Shown one piece after another: positions 50,728 through 59,967 of a stretch of 64,000 nt of DNA. The notes under the pieces are model-generated. The model saw only the letters and a list, made by a program, of their open reading frames with translations, was not told the origin of the DNA and ran no database searches. Origin of the DNA: an uncultured Chloroflexia bacterium (lineage in GTDB: Bacteria > Chloroflexota > Anaerolineae > CG2-30-64-16); the NCBI GenBank assembly GCA_963774265.1, contig CAVZDU010000001.1, positions 32,001 to 96,000 on the forward strand, written 5' to 3'. A program made the translations under genes and the position numbers. The stretch's first letter is position 1. The number at the start of each line of letters is the position of its first letter.

Positions 50728-52010
50728 AAAGCCTCTGTTTTGCGTGATGAATGGGCCAGTATGGGTCCTTCCGCGACCGGCGCTTCGCCGCGGACCCGCG
50801 CGTAGAGTTGCGCAATTTGCTGTCCGGCGGGCCCCCAGCCGAACAACTGCGCTGCGCGCTGGCGCAGACGGTGCCCTCGTTGATTGGTGTGTTGGGACTT
50901 GTCTACGTCGTCAAGCGCCTGGTGCAGACACTCAGCCAAACTGCTGGAATTCCCTGGCTCAGCGTAGATGCCATCCGACCCAAGATATTCGCGCGCCACT
51001 GGCGTGTCGAAGGCCACCACCGGTAAACCAACTGCCATGTAATTCAGGAGCTTACCTGCGCCTTCTGTCAAGCTCATCTTGGGCGCTGCCGCCACCTGGC
51101 CGAGCGCCAGGTGCGCAGGCGCCTCGCCGTAGGGCACGCGGCCCGTCAGAGTCACGCGATCGCCGATGCCAAGGTCAATCGCTCGCTGGCGATACTGCAG
51201 CACGTTCGGGAAGCCCATCAACAAGAGGTGAGCATCCTGGCGTCGATTCACAAGCTCCCGCATCGCGTCGAGCAACAATCCGACGCCTTGATACTCAGCC
51301 AGCAGGCCGAGATAAACGATCAGGCGCCGTTCTGCCGGAATTCCGAGTTGCTGCCGCAAGGCAGCAAGTTCACCAGGATCATATTTTGTGCTGGGGCAGA
51401 AAACTTCAGTGTTGACGCAGTCGGGAAGCGCCTGCACGCGGTCTGGCCGGCACCCAAACTTGTCAAGTAGCAACTGTCGAGCATGGACGGAGCTTGTCAA
51501 CACCATCGCGGAAGAGCGATCGATCATCGTCTCCAGTCTTAGCAGGGCAGAACTGAAGTAGCTGTCATGGCGCAGAAAGCGGTGATCCATCATTTCTGCC
51601 GTCAGGCTGCCCTGAAAATCGAACACCACTGGCAAGCGAAGGAACCTGCCCAGGACCACCCCGATCAGCGCACCTTCATGCAAATGAGCGTGGATGACAT
51701 CAAACCGGCGTCGCGCCAGTAGTTGCAGCGTCTTCAGGCCGAGGAGAGCGTCAAAAGCGATCTTGTGGCGGCTGGCCCCCACTTCATATCCCTTACGCCA
51801 TGGGATAGGCAGGGTGCGTTCAATGTGTATGCCAGGCACATCCTGACCATTGCGATAGGTCACGATCGTGACCGAATGCCCTAGTTGCTGAAGAATCCGC
51901 GCCTCTTCCAGGATGCGCACATGGCAGCCGTAGTCGGCGAAGAAGCTTGTCGGTGCAATCATTAGCACGCGGTAGCTCCGGAATGCCAGCGGAGTTCCCG
52001 ACATGTTCAA
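50724..52010 (-). CDS. GT4 glycosyltransferase
   Basis: APTSFFADYGCHVRI, HAHLHEG, YQG, KLLNYMAVGLPVV. Confidence 0.9.
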   Translation of the reverse strand: MNMSGTPLAFRSYRVLMIAPTSFFADYGCHVRILEEARILQQLGHSVTIVTYRNGQDVPGIHIERTLPIPWRKGYEVGASRHKIAFDALLGLKTLQLLARRRFDVIHAHLHEGALIGVVLGRFLRLPVVFDFQGSLTAEMMDHRFLRHDSYFSSALLRLETMIDRSSAMVLTSSVHARQLLLDKFGCRPDRVQALPDCVNTEVFCPSTKYDPGELAALRQQLGIPAERRLIVYLGLLAEYQGVGLLLDAMRELVNRRQDAHLLLMGFPNVLQYRQRAIDLGIGDRVTLTGRVPYGEAPAHLALGQVAAAPKMSLTEGAGKLLNYMAVGLPVVAFDTPVAREYLGSDGIYAEPGNSSSLAECLHQALDDVDKSQHTNQRGHRLRQRAAQLFGWGPAGQQIAQLYARVRGEAPVAEGPILAHSSRKTEAL

Positions 52011-52130
52011 CTCCCAAGGTCACAAAAATACCTCAGCCTGATCTGGTAGATCGGCCGAAGCTACGGAAAATGATTATAGTCAGAAACACGGATTCAAAAA
52101 ACTTGCGGTGCAGGTCGCGCGTGAATGTAT

Positions 52131-53606
52131 CTATTTGGCCGGCAGTGTGAAAGCGAATACGTTGTCTGCCTCGTCCCGCTCCGCAACCAGATTGGCGGGA
52201 TCGACGACTGCCCACAAGTCGGCCTGCGCACTTGGCGCGCCAACCCAGTTCGCGGTGACCGTTGACGTTGCTCCGCAGCCTTCGAGAACATACACAAACC
52301 GTTCGGCGCCGATCGGAGTCCCGCCCTGCAGAGGATTGCCACGATAGAACTTCACCCCAAACATACCCGGTATGGCCGAATTACCGTTGTTCGCGACGGT
52401 AACAGACAGGGTGACCTGCTCTGTGCCGGAACCAGCCTCGCGCGTAGCCGATGCACGGACTGGTTGCAGATTAACATCGCCCGGATACCGGGCGGCAAGC
52501 GCGGCGAAGTTATCCCCATAAACGGTGCGCTGCCGGGTCAACGGACTGAACAGCATGCCGTTGTACCCATCGCTCAGGCTATACCACGCCCAGGCTTGGA
52601 CGAGGCGGTCATTGTCGGGAGGATAGCCGTTTGGTCCGGTCGCTGAATTCAGGAACTCAAAAGCTCCGGTCATGAACGCATTCACGCGAGCGGGACCAAA
52701 GCCGGAGCCGTAATCCTCTGGCCAAAGAATGCCGAACTCGGTAATGATCAGTGGGCGATCTTGATAGTCGCGGTCAGCCATCCACTGCCGGAATGTTTCG
52801 ATGAAGTCCTTAAAGATGTCCAGGCGATCGTGATCGTCGATTTCGTAGAGCATCCCTTCGTCTGCACGGATGCCCGGCGGTATGTCTGCGCCCCAAGAAT
52901 CAGGCCAATCACCGCGTCGCTCCCGGAGGATGAAAGCATGGATGTTCCAGACATCGACAGGCATCGCCGGCTCGTCGGGGTTCGGCCGGCCGTAGAGCCT
53001 CTCGTACTCCTGCAACACCATATCGAGATACTGAAGGCGCAGGGGTGTAGGTTGGACGACGGCGCCGATGGCGACCCGGGCGGTGGGGTCTACCTGTTTG
53101 ATCACCGTATACAGATCATGATAGGCTCGCGCATACGGGCCCGGCTCGATGCTGTCTTGCCAGTACCTGCGATCAGGTTCATTGCCGATGATCCACAACG
53201 CCCCGACCCGGCCAGCCACGATTTCCGGCAACTCATCCGCTGTGGGCTGAGATGCGTAACCATCATTGCCGATTTGCGACAGACGGATCATGGGATGATA
53301 GGTGATTCCGTCGGGCTGCGCTGGATTTGGCGTCGTCGTCCAATCGAGATACCAGCCCAGCCGCAAGGCCCGAATCGGATAGGCGGCAATGGCGGAAGTA
53401 CCGCCGACGCCCAACCGGCACAACTTCTGGCTTGCAGGGATCGCGGTGTTCGCGATCGCTGGCAGAAGGAGCCGGCCCTGTGATTGCGGCGCCTGGAGCG
53501 TGACTGCCGGCGCTGCTTGCGCCGAACTGACTCGCAGCAACAAGATCAGAGGCAAAAGCCAGAATACGGATATCGCCGCAATCCGCAAGGGCCGCACCAA
53601 TGTCAC
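52131..53606 (-). CDS. Secreted clan GH-A glycoside hydrolase with C-terminal CARDB domain
   Basis: Signal peptide; IGNEPD (acid/base), WNIHAF, PLIITEFG (nucleophile); V.NNG...VVDPANLVAERDEADN. Confidence 0.8.
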   Translation of the reverse strand: MTLVRPLRIAAISVFWLLPLILLLRVSSAQAAPAVTLQAPQSQGRLLLPAIANTAIPASQKLCRLGVGGTSAIAAYPIRALRLGWYLDWTTTPNPAQPDGITYHPMIRLSQIGNDGYASQPTADELPEIVAGRVGALWIIGNEPDRRYWQDSIEPGPYARAYHDLYTVIKQVDPTARVAIGAVVQPTPLRLQYLDMVLQEYERLYGRPNPDEPAMPVDVWNIHAFILRERRGDWPDSWGADIPPGIRADEGMLYEIDDHDRLDIFKDFIETFRQWMADRDYQDRPLIITEFGILWPEDYGSGFGPARVNAFMTGAFEFLNSATGPNGYPPDNDRLVQAWAWYSLSDGYNGMLFSPLTRQRTVYGDNFAALAARYPGDVNLQPVRASATREAGSGTEQVTLSVTVANNGNSAIPGMFGVKFYRGNPLQGGTPIGAERFVYVLEGCGATSTVTANWVGAPSAQADLWAVVDPANLVAERDEADNVFAFTLPAK

Positions 53607-54988
53607 GGCATCTGCTCTAGATAAAGCGGTTGCTGGCTCACCGTGAACCGCACAAAGCCATCCGATGAGCCATCGTCGCCGTCCCGCAGAATGCCCTGGA
53701 CGACGCCCAGCGAATCTGACACCTTGAGGTTATCTCCCGCCAGCTTCAGTGTGACGGGACTGAAGGTGTCTGTCCAGGCCACATACAACTTGTGACCCGC
53801 CTTAAACTCATACACATGCTCGTCTTCGCTTCCCCCTCTCTCGTTCTGGGGAACCGCGCGCAAGAAGGTGGCGCCACTCAACTTGCCCGCCATGGAGCGA
53901 TACGCATCGAAGGAAGGTTTCCGCACCCCCGCAGCCGTCAGCAGACCCGTTTCGCCCCAATAATCCGGCAGATCGAGCCAAGACCACCAGATCATAAGCT
54001 GGTTGCCTGCAGCCGCGGATTGCGTGGACATCTTCACCAGGTAATTGGCCTGCACTTGTGGCGAGCTGGGCTGCGATGGCTCGGCATCGCTGTGGTGCCC
54101 GGCCTCAGTGACGATGATAGGCATCCACCCATACCCGTATCTCGACAATATATCGCGCAGGTAATTGGTCTTGCCCATCAGGCCGTCGCCGTATGGCTTC
54201 CACCGCCACTCGAAGTACGGGTAGTAGTGGAAGTTCATCAGGTCCATGCAGTTCCCGCCGCCGTTCTTCAACACGTCCTCGATGAAGCTGCGAACAAACG
54301 GACCCCTGTCCTCTTTGAAGAAATCGTACGCGATGCCGCCGATAGCAACTCTCGCGCTCGGGTTCGCTGCCTTGGTTGCACGGTAGGCAGTGCAAAGCAT
54401 GGCCGCATATTCCTTGCCGTATGGACCCCAGAACGGCTGGACTCCTTCCGCTCCGACAACATCGCCGGCATCGGGCTCGTTGTAGAGTTCCCAAATGCGA
54501 ACCTTGGGCGAGCCGGGCGCATCCTGATTACCGTCGCCGTCATAGCGTTCGACCAGCGCGCCCATGAACTGGCCGAATTCATCCAGCCCGACTTTGTCAA
54601 TGGGGCCATTGGTATAGGTGGCCGCCCACTTCGGAGCCCGTTCAATCGTCACAAGCGGACGCAGATTGAGCTGCACTGCGGCCAGCATGGACGCATCCAT
54701 CGAGGACCAGTCGTATTTGTCCGGCGTCGTGTTATTTGGCTCAACACTCCCCCAGAACACGCGCCAGCGCAACCAGTCCACCCCAGCCTCTGGGGTGTCC
54801 GCGGCATACTGATCGGTGACGGCGCCGTACATTTGGACCCCAAATGCAGGCACGGGTTTCTGGTTGAAGACCGCCGGAAGCGTCAACGTATTGCCGGAGC
54901 CCGCCTGGTCAACAGGTGTCTGGGCGGCCGCTGATGCGGGACAAAGACAGGCTAGGCAGCAGAGTGCCACAACGAGAAAACGCAGCAT
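53603..54988 (-). CDS. Secreted GH39/GH5-like glycoside hydrolase
   Basis: Signal peptide ending ASA-AAQ; ERYDGDG, WELYNEPD, NFHYY, PIIVTEAG, KPSF.AY. Confidence 0.82.
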   Translation of the reverse strand: MLRFLVVALCCLACLCPASAAAQTPVDQAGSGNTLTLPAVFNQKPVPAFGVQMYGAVTDQYAADTPEAGVDWLRWRVFWGSVEPNNTTPDKYDWSSMDASMLAAVQLNLRPLVTIERAPKWAATYTNGPIDKVGLDEFGQFMGALVERYDGDGNQDAPGSPKVRIWELYNEPDAGDVVGAEGVQPFWGPYGKEYAAMLCTAYRATKAANPSARVAIGGIAYDFFKEDRGPFVRSFIEDVLKNGGGNCMDLMNFHYYPYFEWRWKPYGDGLMGKTNYLRDILSRYGYGWMPIIVTEAGHHSDAEPSQPSSPQVQANYLVKMSTQSAAAGNQLMIWWSWLDLPDYWGETGLLTAAGVRKPSFDAYRSMAGKLSGATFLRAVPQNERGGSEDEHVYEFKAGHKLYVAWTDTFSPVTLKLAGDNLKVSDSLGVVQGILRDGDDGSSDGFVRFTVSQQPLYLEQMP

Positions 54989-54993
54989 ACCTT

Positions 54994-56037
54994 TCACCTT
55001 TTGGATACAAGTGGGAGGTAGATGGAGTAAGAATAAGGCGCACACCAGCGCACGAGCCGGTTCTGCGCGTTATCTGCCAGCCAACCACATAGGTTTTCGT
55101 CAAAGGACAGCCCGGTGAAGCCGGCGCCGGGCGCCGGTAGCTCTCGGACCACCGTCGATGAGGGACCCAGCCAGCCTACTCGTTGCCCGGTCCGCTCGGT
55201 AAACCAGATTCGTCCCCCGGCCAGCTCGATCGCATAGGGATTACTCCCCGCGACAGACAGGCCAACCCATCGCAGAAGAGTCAATGTGCCGGGGTCATAG
55301 TGGCCGATTCGATTGCCGGCCCGATCCGTAAACCAGGGATACGCACCGGTCTCGACGCTGATATTCCAGGGTTCACTGGCTGCGCCTGTGTAGACGAAGG
55401 CAAACGCAAGATCACCCGGCCACAGGTTCAAGTTAAACCGGCCGATTTGGCTTGTGCCGGGCGCAGTGAACCACGCAATCCCATCGCCAGCCAGATCAAT
55501 GTCTTCAAACTGCGCACCCGGCGTTGGAGATGCATACTCGGTGAGAGTGGCCTCACCCTGAATGGGAATCACCAAACGGCCGACCTTGTTCCCGGTGCGC
55601 TCGACGAACCAGACCTCGGTTGGATCGCCTGGTTGCACGTCCAACCCGGTGGGTTCACTGGCGAGCGTGGGGATCGCGTATTCAGTCCAGCTTGTCATGG
55701 CAGGATTGAACTGCGCGATCTTGTTGCCGGCCCGCTCCGTCACCCAGACCAGCTGATCAGCACAGGCGATATCGTAAGGTTGGCTTGCTGGGGTAGGCAG
55801 GGAAAACGTTTGAACGGCGACGCTCGGCGCCAGGCTTAAGCGGCCGAGCATATTCTGCTCCGGCAGCGTAAACCACACCGTGTCAGGTGACTGGGCGCAG
55901 ACCCGAAAGGGCTGGCCAGCACCAATCGGGTACTCGGTGAATACCCCTGCAGCGGCTTGCGCTGCGACTTGTGGCGCACCAAATGCGGCCGCGAGGACCG
56001 CCCAGAGCACAACCACAATGGCTGGTAAGGTCGCCAT
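54994..56037 (-). CDS. Secreted Vgb-like beta-propeller protein with C-terminal YLPLVSKR motif
   Basis: Signal peptide; repeated P..I......WFTE..GN.IG blades; SD GGAGG. Confidence 0.85.
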   Translation of the reverse strand: MATLPAIVVVLWAVLAAAFGAPQVAAQAAAGVFTEYPIGAGQPFRVCAQSPDTVWFTLPEQNMLGRLSLAPSVAVQTFSLPTPASQPYDIACADQLVWVTERAGNKIAQFNPAMTSWTEYAIPTLASEPTGLDVQPGDPTEVWFVERTGNKVGRLVIPIQGEATLTEYASPTPGAQFEDIDLAGDGIAWFTAPGTSQIGRFNLNLWPGDLAFAFVYTGAASEPWNISVETGAYPWFTDRAGNRIGHYDPGTLTLLRWVGLSVAGSNPYAIELAGGRIWFTERTGQRVGWLGPSSTVVRELPAPGAGFTGLSFDENLCGWLADNAQNRLVRWCAPYSYSIYLPLVSKR

Positions 56038-56069
56038 GGAGGACCTCCGATGCCAATCTATAGCAGGAC

Positions 56070-56588
56070 CTAAGGCCAAGCCAGTTCAAGTTTGCCCAGG
56101 TCAACGCGTTCATCGGCCTTAATGGAGAAAACCCGAGGCGAATCCTCTGAACGCGACTGCGGGATGACCAGCCAGTTCAATGGAGCCCATATCACGAGGA
56201 AATAATCCCCAGGCAGCACATTGTTCAGCAAAAATCGTCCCTGCTCATCTGTCTTACCGCTGATATCGCCTTGTTCAGGCCGGGCGCTTCCCATCACCGC
56301 AGGCAGTTCAGTTGCACTATCCTGCAAGTGATAGAGATAGAAGTAGGTCCCAGGCACGGGGCCATTGCCGGTGTAAGTGAAGATTTCCCCGCCGACCGTG
56401 GCCTTCCCGGCTTCTGACGCAGGTAGTGGGAGAGCATTGTTGGCGACAACGGGAGGCGGCAGCGGCGAAATCGGCGATTCGGTCGCCAACGGGGGCATGG
56501 TTGTTGCTGGTAAGCTACTGCAGGCAGCGAACACCCACATCGTCATCAGCAGGACAAAGACAATCCACCAACTCGATCTTGTCATCAT
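56070..56588 (-). CDS. Lipoprotein with Pro-rich linker and carboxypeptidase-regulatory-like beta-sandwich
   Basis: Lipobox FAA-C; SPISPLPPP linker; TDEQGRFLLNNVLPGDY. Confidence 0.8.
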   Translation of the reverse strand: MMTRSSWWIVFVLLMTMWVFAACSSLPATTMPPLATESPISPLPPPVVANNALPLPASEAGKATVGGEIFTYTGNGPVPGTYFYLYHLQDSATELPAVMGSARPEQGDISGKTDEQGRFLLNNVLPGDYFLVIWAPLNWLVIPQSRSEDSPRVFSIKADERVDLGKLELAWP

Positions 56589-56621
56589 TCTTCTAAGTAT
56601 AGACTAAAATCGCCCACACGT

Positions 56622-56654
56622 AAAACTGGCCAGCCGTTGGTGCGGCTGGCCAGT
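56622..56654 (-). terminator. Intrinsic terminator after the repeat surface-protein gene
   Basis: ACTGGCCAGCCG-N6-CGGCTGGCCAGT with a T run on the minus strand. Confidence 0.85.
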
Positions 56655-56687
56655 CCTTACAGGCTGAACCTACAGGATCGCTAAAGG

Positions 56688-58118
56688 TTACGGCTGCGTG
56701 AAGGCATTGTGTGCCATGAAGTTGTCACCGCTGGCCAGGCTTGGGTTGATGGATGCCAGGAACGTGAGCTGAGCGAAGCCCGCCAGCGCATGGTCCGAGT
56801 CCACCACCAGGGTGCCATTCCAGCCATCGGGCAGTTCCGGCACTGCCGTGCGGTGATTCTGGATCAGGTTGCCACCCGCCGGGATCGACGCACTAAATGA
56901 GATCGGGGTTGCGCTGCCGCCAGCTGCGATGTATTCTGCCGAAGGCGTGTACGTCAAGGTCGCGTTCGCTGCGTTGGCCGTATCCAGGTTCTGGACCGTG
57001 ATCGCGGTCGCGAACCCGTTCGGCAGGCGCTTGGCAACCAGCGGGACAACGACCTTCGTATCGGTCGAGCCGCCCCGGAAAGCCTCGTAAGCCGCCGCTT
57101 CGCCGGTGGCCACAAAGCGCATCTGGACGAACGCCACGACGTTGCCCGTCGAAGTGACAACACAAGAACCCGTGTACAGCGCAGGAACGGTCATGTCGGT
57201 CACAGGGTTGACGGCCCAGGCGGCCTTGTTCGGAACGGCGTCCGCGTTGGTCTTACTAAACGGATTCGCGTTGTTGGTGTCTTTGCAGTTCACGGTGATG
57301 CCGCCGGCCGCAATCGGACCGCCGCTCAGGTTCTGGACCGAGATCGGCGTGCTCAGGCTATTCGCCAGGCGGGACGTGAAGAGCGGGACGAACCACTGTT
57401 GCGCCGGTGCAGACACCGGGAAGGCGTTGAAGGTCTGCATCGCGTCGCCGGTGAAGAAGTTGGCGACGACTGCAACCTGCCCGCCACTCAGCGCGCGCAC
57501 TTCGGCGGAACCGATGAAGCCATCGCTCAACCCGGGTTCGGTAGCGAGATCGTACAGGAACGCTGCGTTCGGTGCGATCGCAATGCCGGTCTTGGTGAAG
57601 CCGGCGCCGCCGACACTGGAGAGCAACTCAACTTCCACGCTCACGGAGGCCGTGCCCGAATTCTGGATCACGATCTGGCTATTGGCAAGGCCCGTTGCGG
57701 TGGGCCGATTCTTAGCTGCCAGCGGAACATAGAAGGACGCGGCGCCGGCCGAGAAACCGGAATAAGCGCCGCTGCTGGTCGGGTTTTGACCACGTGCGAG
57801 GACCTGGACAACCGCGCCCACAGACTTATCGGCGCTCACAACAACCGAGCCACGGCCCGCAGCGAGAGCCGAGTCAAGGTACTGGCGGAAGATTTTCTGA
57901 CCGCCATTGGCTGCCAGCGTGAAGCTCTCATCGGCTTTCCACACCGTGCCATCCGTCTTGAAGTATTGCACGGTGCCGCCTGCCGGTTCACTTTCAAGGT
58001 TCACAAGTGTGAAGTTGGTGCTCAGGCTCTTGGTGGTCGACTGCGCCGCACCCGTAAGTACTGTCGCCAGTATCAGGGTGAGCGTGAGAAGGGTGATTGA
58101 GACGGTCCTTCGCTTCAT
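56688..58118 (-). CDS. Secreted 476-aa protein with four ~110-aa beta-rich repeats; candidate S-layer/major surface protein
   Basis: Sec signal; four repeats with (I/V/L)QN-type...GS/GT..V.S...VxxV motifs; A/T/S/G/N-rich; own promoter, AGGAGG SD and terminator. Confidence 0.7.
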   Translation of the reverse strand: MKRRTVSITLLTLTLILATVLTGAAQSTTKSLSTNFTLVNLESEPAGGTVQYFKTDGTVWKADESFTLAANGGQKIFRQYLDSALAAGRGSVVVSADKSVGAVVQVLARGQNPTSSGAYSGFSAGAASFYVPLAAKNRPTATGLANSQIVIQNSGTASVSVEVELLSSVGGAGFTKTGIAIAPNAAFLYDLATEPGLSDGFIGSAEVRALSGGQVAVVANFFTGDAMQTFNAFPVSAPAQQWFVPLFTSRLANSLSTPISVQNLSGGPIAAGGITVNCKDTNNANPFSKTNADAVPNKAAWAVNPVTDMTVPALYTGSCVVTSTGNVVAFVQMRFVATGEAAAYEAFRGGSTDTKVVVPLVAKRLPNGFATAITVQNLDTANAANATLTYTPSAEYIAAGGSATPISFSASIPAGGNLIQNHRTAVPELPDGWNGTLVVDSDHALAGFAQLTFLASINPSLASGDNFMAHNAFTQP

Positions 58119-58182
58119 AAGATTGCCTCCTGCGGAACGATAGGTCGAGTTGACGAGGTCTTGGGGACTTCGTACCGGGCCT

Positions 58183-58211
58183 AGTATGGACGCTGCGCGG
58201 CTAAAAAGCAA
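58183..58211 (-). promoter_or_regulatory. Sigma70-type promoter for the repeat surface-protein gene
   Basis: Minus strand TTGCTT (58211-06), 17-bp spacer, CATACT (58188-83); SD AGGAGG at 58131-26. Confidence 0.6.
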
Positions 58212-58243
58212 TACCCCAAGTGGGTTAACTATGCCCGCGCGGG

Positions 58244-59215
58244 TCAAACAGGCGTATCTTCCCGCCCTTTTCGCGTCGCGCGGAGCGCAAAGCCTGCCAG
58301 CACCCAGGCAAGTTCGGCCAGGACCATGGCCAGTCGCGAGATAACTGCGACGAGGCCCCCCATCGCCACGGGCAGACCGGCCGCTTGTACCAGGACTGCC
58401 GACATGACCGCCTCACGCACACCAATGCCAGACGGGACAAAGAGGATAAGAAACCCGACTGCCCACGAGGCCGAGGCTGCCAGCGCGCTGACGCGTAGAT
58501 CGATGCCGGATCCCGGAGCCACGGCCCGGGCAACCCAATAGACCGACGCGGCATAGGAGAGCCAAAGCGGCACTGTCAGCGCCAACGCGGCGACCCACGC
58601 GCCGGGCTGCGGCGCAGAAGGAAACGCCAACCGCCTGAACCGCCTGCCAGCCCATTCCACAAACCGCGGCGCGAGAAAGACGGCCAGGCACATCAAGATG
58701 ATGGACCCGACGGGCGCAACGTGACGCCAGGGTTCTCCGAGAAGCGGCCCGCCAGTGACTCCGACGCACGCGATTGCTGTCACAAGGATCGCGGCTGCTT
58801 CGAGCACCGACCCGGTCAACGAGAGGGGATAGCCCACACCGTGGTCGTCCAGCAGCCACTGGCTTCGGCTCAAGTAGCCCCACACGGTGCCGGGGATGTA
58901 GCGGGGCAGAAAGGAGATCATAAACCCTTCTGTCGTCTCCCGCAGGGTGAGGGCCACGCAGAGATAACGCATGATGGCGCGCCAGGCCACCATCTGGAAA
59001 GCGGAAAGTACGAGCGCTGCGACGAATGCCGGGATCAATTGCCCAAGCGAAAGCTCGCCCAGGCCATCATACTGTTGCACCGCGAGCCAGGCGATCCGCA
59101 GCTGGTTGGCGAACAGCCCCAGGCCGAGCACCAGGCCAACGCGCCAGAGGACCGCGCGCAGCGACCAACGTGACCGCCCCGGGCGACCGCTGTCCGGGTC
59201 AGGAAGCATGGTCAT
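58244..59215 (-). CDS. Lysylphosphatidylglycerol-synthase-TM/UPF0104 flippase-like membrane protein
   Basis: RYIPGTVW, VPSGIGVREA, SR motif; about eight TM segments. Confidence 0.85.
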   Translation of the reverse strand: MTMLPDPDSGRPGRSRWSLRAVLWRVGLVLGLGLFANQLRIAWLAVQQYDGLGELSLGQLIPAFVAALVLSAFQMVAWRAIMRYLCVALTLRETTEGFMISFLPRYIPGTVWGYLSRSQWLLDDHGVGYPLSLTGSVLEAAAILVTAIACVGVTGGPLLGEPWRHVAPVGSIILMCLAVFLAPRFVEWAGRRFRRLAFPSAPQPGAWVAALALTVPLWLSYAASVYWVARAVAPGSGIDLRVSALAASASWAVGFLILFVPSGIGVREAVMSAVLVQAAGLPVAMGGLVAVISRLAMVLAELAWVLAGFALRATRKGREDTPV

Positions 59216-59967
59216 GAGCTTACGCCTGGCTTCCAGAGAAGCCAGTTGAAATTTGGAAAAAACGGCAACGCCGAGCGCCAGATCCACCGGGGAAGTCTCC
59301 GCCCGAGGCGCGCGATCGGGCGCGTATCCGCGGCCAACTGGCTCTCCAACACTTCGAGCGTCACATCCTGGATATCAAAACGCTGCCACAGGCGACGCAA
59401 GCCCCACATTGGCCGGGAACGTTCGTAGTAGCGATCCCCGCGGCGCAGAACGCGCAAAGTGGCGTTGGCCAGGGGGGAGGGCAGCCAATGCACAAAAGGC
59501 AGGTTGTAGTGAAGCTCGATCGGAAACAGCCAATTTGGACCGCTAAAGAAGACTACCCCTCCCGGCGCAAGTACACGGTAAATCTCCTCGGCTAGCCGCG
59601 TGTCGTCCGGAACGTGCTCGTACACCTGCGCGCACAACACCACGTGAACGGATGCATCAGCGAGCGGCAAACGCATCGCGTCACCCCGAACGAAACGCAC
59701 GGCGGCGCGACCCTCGAGCGTCGTTGCGCCGAGCGCCAACGCGTCATATTCCACGCCGACCATCGTGCGAAAAAGTGAGGCTAATGAGGCGCTGATCAAG
59801 CCCGAGGAGCAGCCGATGTCCAGGCAGACTGCTTCAGCCAGAGGCCACGCCACGTGCCGTTCGAGGAGCATCCGAATCTTCGCTGCACGTCGCGAGCGGC
59901 TGGTCGCGTCCCGTACGGCGGCGGATAACTCATAGAAACCGTCCTGATAACCGCGCGGCTCAGCCAC
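59212..59967 (-). CDS. Class I SAM-dependent methyltransferase
   Basis: CLDIGCSSG, GDAMRLP, VYEHVPD, RVLAPGG. Confidence 0.92.
   Translation of the reverse strand: MAEPRGYQDGFYELSAAVRDATSRSRRAAKIRMLLERHVAWPLAEAVCLDIGCSSGLISASLASLFRTMVGVEYDALALGATTLEGRAAVRFVRGDAMRLPLADASVHVVLCAQVYEHVPDDTRLAEEIYRVLAPGGVVFFSGPNWLFPIELHYNLPFVHWLPSPLANATLRVLRRGDRYYERSRPMWGLRRLWQRFDIQDVTLEVLESQLAADTRPIARLGRRLPRWIWRSALPFFPNFNWLLWKPGVSS

Noticed and set aside
54997-55020. Sortase LPxTG or PEP-CTERM anchoring signal
   Set aside because: No TG and no following TM helix; similar motifs also occur near N-termini.
54994-56037. Streptogramin resistance gene (vgb)
   Set aside because: Only fold-level similarity; it has a signal peptide and surface tag and sits in a glycan locus.
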